A stretch of DNA of 64,000 nucleotides from an uncultured Pseudomonadota bacterium (GTDB lineage Bacteria; Oederibacteriota; Muellerivitia; Muellerivitales; Muellerivitaceae), in NCBI GenBank assembly GCA_963836235.1, contig CAWIIP010000005.1:192001-256000 (forward strand). Reading direction: 5' to 3'. A program made the position numbers and the translations under genes. Shown one piece after another: positions 47,301-56,300 of this stretch. Within the stretch, counting starts at the first letter, position 1. Each line of letters opens with the position of its first letter. The notes beneath the pieces were generated by a model. It was not told the DNA's origin, did no database searches, and saw only the letters and a list, made by a program, of their open reading frames with translations.

Positions 47301-50300
47301 CCCCACTCGGTTATCGGATTCCCATTGCCGTCTAAAACCTGCACCCGGTTGTTTCCGCTGTCCGCCACGTAAACCGTGGTTCCGTTGGAATTGACGGCGA
47401 TCCCGATGGGATACTCGAACTGTCCTGGCCCGTAACCACCTCCGCCCCATTGGGTGATGGCATCGCCCGCCGTGTCGAAGACATAAACTTGATTGTTGTA
47501 ATTATCCGTCAGGTAAAGGTGGTTGTTCCCGTCCACGGCAAGGCCCATGGGGTTGATAAACTGGTTTTGGCCGCTTGGTCCCCACTGGGTGATGGGGTTT
47601 CCCTGAGGATCGAAAACATCCACCTGATCGGTATCGCCGTCCGCTGCATAGACGTTTCCTTGGCCATCAGTTGCCATCCCATTGATCGCCGAATCAGTTG
47701 ACGAGGAAGAAATCAGGTTGCAAAAGATTGGAATGGGCGACGGGCCAGGGGTGGGAGTTAAGGTCGGCGAAGGTGTAAAGGTTGTTGTCGGTGTGGGATA
47801 AGGGCTGGAGGAACAAGGTCCCAAACGTTCAATATTTTCATGGTCGTTCACTGCCGCGTAAAAGGTGCCATCCTGCGGCGCAGCCACGCCACCCGGTGAG
47901 ACAACACCACTGATCACGCCCACCTCGTTTCCTGATAAATCGCTTATCCCTAAACCACTGCCCTGAGTCGCCACACAAACACGATTCGCGGTACTATCCA
48001 CCGACAGGAAGACCGGATTGGGCAACCAGGAACTCGTGTTCCATTGGTTGAGGAAGTTCCCACTTCCGTCGAAAACCTCGATCAAGCTGGGATTAAAGCT
48101 TTCCACGTAAACCCGTCCTTGGTTGTCCAAGGCCAGGCCCGTTGCATAATCGAATGTCCCGTTTCCGTCATCCCCGGCTGTCCCCCATTGGGTCACCGGA
48201 ACTCCTTGGCCATTGAAAACCTCAACTCGGTTGTTTGCTTCATCCGCCACATAAACCGTTGTTCCGGCCGAATTCACCGCTATCCCCCAGGGAGCCTGGA
48301 ACTGACCTATCCCGTTTCCGCTTCCCCCCCATTGGGTGATGGGGTTGCCCGCAGTATCGAAAACATAAACCATATCGTCTTCATAATCGGTCATGTAAAG
48401 ATGGTCGTTACCATCGATCGCCAGTCCCATGGGGTAAATAAATGGGTTCTGGCCGTTGGAGGGTGGGCCCCACTGGGTGACGGCATTCCCGTGGGGGTCG
48501 AAAATATCCACTTGGTTGTTGTCAACGTCCGCCGCGTAGAGGTTGCCTTGGGTATCCAGCGCCAGCCCGTCGATAGACCCGTCCGTTGACGAGGAAGAGA
48601 CTACGTTGCAATAGATGGTACCCGGTACGGGTGACGGGGTGAGGGTTAAGGTCGGAGTTGGCGTGAGGAGGGGGGTCTGTGTTGGTGAAAGCGTGATAGT
48701 CGGCGTCGGTGTGGGATAGGGTATTGTGGAACAAGATCCCAAACGGTTTATAACCCCTTGATCATCGAGCGCCGCGTAAAAAGTGCCGTCCTGTGGCGCG
48801 GCAACGCCGCCGTAAGTTGGCGCTTGGGGGATGGAGCCACCGGTCCCACTGATCACGCCTACTTCGTTTCCTGACAAATCGCTTATCCCCAAGGTGTTAT
48901 TGATTGTCGTGATGTAAAGCTGACTCGTCGTATTGTCAACCGAAAGGAATAGTGGATTGGGCAGCCAAGAGCTTATGTTCCGCTGGTTTAGGAAATTACC
49001 ATTCCCGTCGAATACCTCGATCAAACTCGGAATATAGCTTTCAACGTAAACCCTGCCCTGATTATCTAGGGCCACTCCCGACGCCAAATCGAAAGTTCCG
49101 TTGCCGTTGTCTCCGGTTGTCCCCCATTGGGTTATCGGCTCCCCTTGACCGTTGAATGACGCAACCCTGTCGTTTATAAGATCCGCCACATAAACCGTGG
49201 TCCCAGCCGAATTGACCGCGATCCCAAAGGGGGCCTGGAACTGGCCTGTCCCGCTTCCGCTCCCGCCCCATTGGGTGATCGGGTGACCCGCCGTATCGAA
49301 AACATAAACCATGTCGCCCAAATAATCCGTCATGTAAAGATGGTTATTTCCGTCGATCGCCAGTCCCATGGGGTAAATAAACTGGTTCAGGCCATTGGAG
49401 GGTGGCCCCCATTGGGTAACGGCGTTTCCATGGGAATCGAAAACATCTACCTGGTCGGTATCCGCGTCGGCGGCATAGAGGTTTCCCTGGGTGTCGAGTG
49501 CCAGCCCGTTGATCGACCCATCCGTTGATGAGGAAGAAACCTCGTTACAATATATAGAGACGGCTGTTGAAAGAGGGGTGGGAGTCGGGGTGCTGGTGGG
49601 GGTTTCCGTCGGGACCAGGCTGTTCGTATACCATGTGTCGTTCAAATACTCGTTGCCATCCCAACCGGCGATGACCCAGAGCTTGTTGTTGAAGGCCACG
49701 CTGGAATGGTCGGATCGGGGGGAGAAGTTGGCCGAGCTGGTGGCCATGGTCCAGTTGGAACTGCTATTAAGGTACCAAACATCGTTGGCCTCGGTGCCGT
49801 CGTCCAGGGTCCCGCCGATGACGAACATGAAATTGTCCATTATCCCCGCCGAAGCGTCCTGCCTCCCTTGGGTGCCGAAGGTCGTGGGTCCGTACCAATG
49901 GTTGCCGTCCGTGTACCAAGCGTCATTCAAAAGGTCCCCTTCCGCCGGAACCCCTCCGGCCACCCAAAGCGAATTGTTATAAGGGGCGCCCGCCTGATAT
50001 GCCCTCAGGGGATAAGCCGTGCCAGAGTTGGAACTCGGAGTTTTGGAACTCCAATTCATCCCGTCGGAGGAAACCCAAATGTCGGATAAGACATTGTCGT
50101 TTTGGTCCAGGCCGCCGACCAGCCACAATTCAGGTCCGTTCCCCAGGTTCTGAACCATCAGGGAGCTTCCTGTCCGGGGGCTGAAGGGAGCCTGGGTGAC
50201 AGCCTCGGTCCAGTTCACGCCGTCCGGCGAGGACCAAACGTCGTTATTCAGGCTGTCGTTGAAATTCTGCCCGCCCACCACCCAAATCTTCCCGTTAAAG

Positions 50301-53300
50301 GCCGCCGCCCCAGGGTCGATGCGGGGGCTGAACCCGGTGGAAACCGTTTGTTGGGTCCAATTCGCCCCGTCGGTGGAGGACCAAGTGTCGTTGAAGAACT
50401 CGCTGTCGTTGCCTCCCCCAATGACCCACATCCGGTTATTAAAGGTAACACTGGCCTGGTCCGCCCTTTGTGGAAACCCGGCGTTCGCCGTGGCCTGTGT
50501 CCAATTGCCGTATGGCCCCACGGTCGGCGTGGGTGTTGGTGACTCATAAGGAGCCAAGGGTGAGTACCAGGAATTGCCGTTGTTGTTGCCGGAAAGGTCC
50601 GTCCCACCCACGATCCATAAAGCATTATTCCCTTGGGGACTGGACGATGGATTGAATACCAGTCCGGATAATCCCTGACGGGGGCTGAAATTCGCCGCCG
50701 CCGTCTCCTCGGTCCAATCGGTCCCATCGCCGGAACTCCAAACGTCGTTTTTGACGGCTCCGGAGGCTCCATGACCTCCCATGATCCACATCTGCCCATT
50801 CGCGACCGTCCCGGCGAAACCGGTGCGGTACTCAAATGGCAGGCTGGTTCCCGTGCTCCAGTGGACCCCGTCCGAAGTGGACCAAGCCATGCTTTGATAT
50901 CCATAAAAATTGGGGTTTGGAGTGACGTCAGTATTAGTAACAGGTATACCGCCGACCACCCATATTTGGCTGTTAAGGGCCATGGCCTGGAAACCCGAAG
51001 TAGTGGCAAAAGGCCCCCTCGGCTCTTCGTCCCAATTGATGCCGTTGGTGGAAGACCAGACGTCCGCCAACCCGTCTCCCCCCATCACCCACATCTGGCC
51101 GTTGAAGATCACGACCTGGTGGCCGCTTCGGGGCGGGAAAGAAGCGCTGGCCGTCACCTGGGTCCAGGAAACTCCATCCAATGAGTTCCACACGTCGTTG
51201 GTCACGCCCTGGCTCGTCTGCCCGCCAATCATCCAAAGCGCCCCGTTGAAGCTGACGGCGGCCTGGCCTGTCCTGGTCCCAAAAGGCGCCAAAACGGTAG
51301 AAAGATTCCAATTGATCCCATCCGGGGAATCCCAAATATCCGCTCCCCCGCCTCCGATTACCCAAATGGAACCATTGAAAGCCGTGGCCGTCTGGCCTTG
51401 CCGGTTAGGGAATGCGCGGCCAACCGGGGCCCCTTGGAGCCAGCCTTGGCCGGTTATGGAAACGACGGTAGGGGTAGGGGAAATAGTCGGGGTTGCCGTG
51501 GGGGTGGGGGTGGAAGTCACGGCGGGGGAAGGCGTAGGCGTGAAGCTATTGGTCGGTGAGTTCGTGATGGAACCGGTGAATGTCGGGCTGGGAGTAAAGG
51601 TCGAAGTGGGTGTCCCCGGGCCCGGTGTCCAGGTGGAGGCCGGCGTATAACCCAAAGCGGGCGCGGTCCAAACGTCGTTCAAGTCGTTTCCATTGGAGTC
51701 CTGCCCACCCACGGCCCACATTTGATTGTTGAAGGCCGCCGCCGAGAAGTTGGTTCGCGGTATATAAGCCGTAGTCACCGCCACCTGGTTCCAATGGATT
51801 CCGTCCTGGGTAAACCACTGGTCTTGTAGGGCGTTGTTTCCGTTGATACCGTTAGGAATAAATAAGGCTCCCCCGCCGAAACTCATGGGTTCGTAGTTGG
51901 AAGTGTAGCTGGTTGCTTCATAAGCATAAGGCAGGTTTCCGGAAACTTGAGACCAATGTACGCCATCCGAGGTTTTCCATACCGTCTCGTCGGTTATTGG
52001 AGTGGGTCCTCCACAATCCCAAAATCCCCCAAAAATCCAAATGTATCCATTGAAGGCCATAGTGTTATTGACGCCCAAAATCGGCACTTGGCTTTCCAAG
52101 GTCCAATTCATCCCATCCGGCGATGAGAAAAGGCGGCTCGCGTTTCCACAGCTTGAATCCATAACCCATAACTGGTTATTCAGGACATAGGCCCCTATGA
52201 CCTGGCTGAAAGGCGCCTGGGCATCCGCCAAGTTCCAATTCACCCCATTTGGCGAACTGAAAACCTGGTACTGGCCATTGTCCCAATCTATCGCGTTGAA
52301 GACCCACAAATTCCCATTAAATGTTGAAGTGACCAAGCCGGTTTGCTCGTCGAATGGCGTGTTATCGGTGGCCAGTCTCCAGTTCACCCCATCAGGGGAA
52401 TTCCAAACATCTCCCAAGGGGCCGATGTCGCTGTTGGTTCCCCCGGCCATCCAAAGAAGGTTTTGTCCCGCCCAAGAACCCGTCGAGGGCTGGAAGGCCG
52501 TTAAGCCGGGATTGGAACGGGGAATGAATGCGGTATCACCCACGGCCTGGGTCCATACCGCGTTGCCGTCGGGCGTCGGGGTTGAAGTGGGCGTAAAGGT
52601 GGGCACCTGGGCGAAATTGGAATACCAGGCGTCTCTTAGATCGTAACTATAATTATTTTCTGACTGCGACTCCGGCAAAAGGGGATCGCCGCCCGTTATC
52701 CAAATGTGGTTATTATCCGTTGCCGCCGCCCCATAGGCTCGGCCGGGAAAGGGGGCCGCGTAAGTCGAAGCCGTCCAATTGATACCATCCGAGGAATGAT
52801 AGACATCATTAAAGGAAATATAAGGTTGATGCTGTGAATAGACCGGATTGGGGGGGGGGTATCCTCCACCCAACACCACCATTTGGTTACTAATGGGATC
52901 AACCTGGGCCGTAAAACCCCACCGGGGTGGCCAAGAAGCGTTGGCCGTAGCCTCGGTCCAGTTCACACCATCGGGGGAACTCCAAACGTCATTCAGGGGT
53001 TCATTAAAAAAGTTGCTCCCACCCATCACCCAAAGCTGGCCGTTGTAGGCCAAGCATTGGTGGTAAAAACGGCCGGGGAAAGCGGCGGAAGCCGTCTGCT
53101 TGGTCCAATTCACCCCGTCCGGCGAACTCCAAACGTCATTGAGATCGTTATTGTCCAGGTCTTCCCCACCGATGACCCACATTTGGCCATTGAAAGCCGT
53201 TACGGTAAAAGCGGTCCGGTAACCCCATGGGGCTTGGGCCTTTGTTTCGGTCCAGTTGACGCCGTCCAAGGAACTCCAAACATCGCTCAAATAGGTCCAC

Positions 53301-56300
53301 CCCCCGTTATAGACAGCAACCGCGCCCATTACCCACATTTTCCCGCCGAAAACCACGGCCCCAAAATCCGCCCGAGGAGGAAAGGCCGCCGCAGTCACCG
53401 CTTCGCTCCAATGGATGCCATCCGAGGAGGACCAAACATCGTTAGCGGGGTTGCCACCATTTTCGTTTCCAAAGGGCTCCCCGCCGATGACCCAATAATG
53501 GTTGTTGAAATAAAGGGCTTGGTGGTGCGCCCTCTGCCCGAAACCTGCCGCGTCGGTGGCTTGAAGCCAGTTGCTATAGGCATCCCCATTGGGCGTAGCT
53601 GTGAAGGTAAAGGTGGCGAAGAAAGTGGGGGTCTCGGTCGGCGTTGGGGTCCAAGTGATGGTGGGGGTTGGGGTGGCATAAGGTGTCTGGCCGCAAGGAC
53701 CGAAATGCTGGATATTGCCTTGGCCATTCAACGCCAAGTAAAAGGTCCCGTCCTGTGGCGCGGCTATTCCACTGGTGTAACCAATGCCACCCATCACTCC
53801 TGCTTCATTGCCTGACAAGTCGCTTATCCCTAACTCCCCCAATGCAGAGTAGAGGTAAATCTTTCCCACCGTGTTATCCACTGAAAGAAGATCGGGATAG
53901 GGCGCCCAAGTGCTTGTGTTCCATTGGTTGAGGAACTTTCCCGTTCCGTTAAATACTTCGATCCAATCAGGAACCTCGCTCGTCACGTAAACTTGACCCT
54001 GGTTATCCAGGGCCACGCCCGTCGGGAAGTCAAAAGACCCCTGCCCATCGTCCCCTTCCGTTCCCCATTGAGTTATCGGGCTTCCCTGTCCGGTGAAAGC
54101 CTGAACCCGGTTAACTTCACTGTCCACCACATAGACCGTGGTTCCCGCCGCGTTGACCGCGATCCCGGTGGGGTCCTCGAACTGGCCCGTCCCGGTACCA
54201 TATACACCTCCCCATTGGGTGATGGGATTTCCGGCTGTGTCAAAAACAAAAACCATGTCCCGGTAATCATCGGTCATGTAAAGATGGTTGTTGCCGTCGA
54301 TGGCCAACTGATTAGGGGTATCAAAGTGGTTCACGCCGTTGGCGGGCGGCCCCCATTGGGTAACGGGATTGCCCTGGGCGTCGAAGACGTCCACTTCATC
54401 GTAGTCGGTGTCGCCGGCATAGAGGTTCCCTTGGCTGTCCACGGCCAATCCACTGATAGACCCATCCGTTCCAATGGAGGAAATGACGTTGCAATAGAGC
54501 GGACCCGGTGGAGTGGGCGTGAAGGTGGAGGTATAACCGTTCAAGTTGGTGCTGGTGGAAGTCGGTGAAATGGTCGGAGTGGAGGTGGGCGTATGGGTAA
54601 AGGTGAAAGTCGAGGTATAACCGTGCAGGTTCGTATTGGTAGGGGTAGGGGTGAAGGTAAAGGTTGCGGTCGGTGTGGGTAAAGGCGTGTTGGTGGGCAA
54701 TGGCGTGAAATTGGGCGGCAGGGGTATTTGCGCCACGCGGACGTTGGAGTAATCGTCCATGAAGGCCAGCGTCCCCCCCGGCCCTCCGCCGGGCGCGTAG
54801 GAAATCACCACCCCCATGAAGGGATCGTTCGGCCCCTCCTGGATGGAAAGCTGGCAAAGAAGATTGTTGTTGGTGTCATACCCATAAACCGTCAGACCGT
54901 CCGTGCCTAGCACATAAACGCGCCCGTCCCCAGTGGAAACCTGCATCTGGGGGCTGGCGCCGGAAGGCGTATCCGGGTTCACTTCCTGCGCCCAAGCGAC
55001 GGAAGGCTCTAGGAAAGAAAAGCATTTTGGAAGCAAGGCGAGATTTTCTCCTTCGCCCAAAGGCAAGGAGGCGGTTTGAATACCTTGGCCTAGTTGTTGT
55101 TGTAGTCCGTTACCGTAAAGGGTGACGTTCCAATATTTATCCCGGATGACGGAGCAACCGGGCGGCAAGAACCTACTGCTTAAAACGTCATTTGGAGATT
55201 GGGTAATAAGGGTATCGGAAACTTCCGTGTCCTCCACAAAAGTCATGTACAAAACATACAAATTACCTTGGCCGTCGAAAGCTATGTTTTTAACTTGATC
55301 ATTTGGGAGAGGAGAACAATTCGGACTACCGCCGACAATTGGACCATTGCTGTTGATCTCCGAATACCAGAGGGTGGGTTCGGTGGGTGTTGAGTAACAC
55401 GACGCCATGACAGCCGACAAACCGTTCGGAGAAATATCATATGAAATCGGCTCATAATTCTCAAAAAGACCTAAGTCCGTGTCGTTCAGCTTGAAGGTTT
55501 TTAGGTTGAATTGAACCATATACCCATGGTTAGGATCTGAATTGGTATTAAACCCGCAAGCGTAAATATCCCCTACTGGGTCCGTCTCGAAAAACTTAAA
55601 CGGCCCCCGAGCAATGGGAAAAATGGATAAAGCCGATAGGACATCCTTAAGCGTGGTCGGTGTTTGCGCCGGCGTCGGATTGGGCGTGGGGGTGAAGGTG
55701 GGCGTGGGAGTGGTAATAAAAAACGCGTTGGCGGTATCCGCCTCGGCCTCAAACCCAGCCCAGCCGTTTAAATCATAGCCCGTTTTCAATTGGTAGGCGA
55801 TGGTATGGGGGTCGCCATCCATTGGACGATTGTTTGCGTCCTTCGCCCCGCTGATGGAAAGCGTAACGCTATCCCCTGCTTCAGAAGTGGTAATTAAAGT
55901 CGAAGGGGCATCCGCACTATAAGTTTGCCCATCTAACCCCCAGCTTCCAACCGGAAATATCCAAGTGCTTACAGGCGTTGGCGTACTCTTAACATAAAAT
56001 AAAGCTTCCACCGTCGGCACCATCGTCGGATTCACATTCATGGGGTTATTGAAGTAGAAGTCAAAGTGCGTTCCCACCCCGAATAACGCCGGAACGTTGG
56101 TGTTCACCGTCGGCGCGTTGGCCAGAATGGTTACGGGATACGGAGTGGGAGTACCGATCATTTCCACTGTCGGTGAAGGTGGCGGGGCCAATGGCCATTG
56201 GGCCTGGTAGATCGGCGTGGCGTTTTGGCTGACGGTGACGCCTTGGACGTAGGCACGGGGAAAAGTGGACACTTGAAAAGCAAAATTCGTCACGGGTCCA

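Noticed and set aside
46259-48613. Diversity-generating retroelement TR/VR pair
   Set aside because: Both copies are in-frame modules of one gene, no adenine-specific mismatch pattern is visible, and there is no reverse transcriptase.
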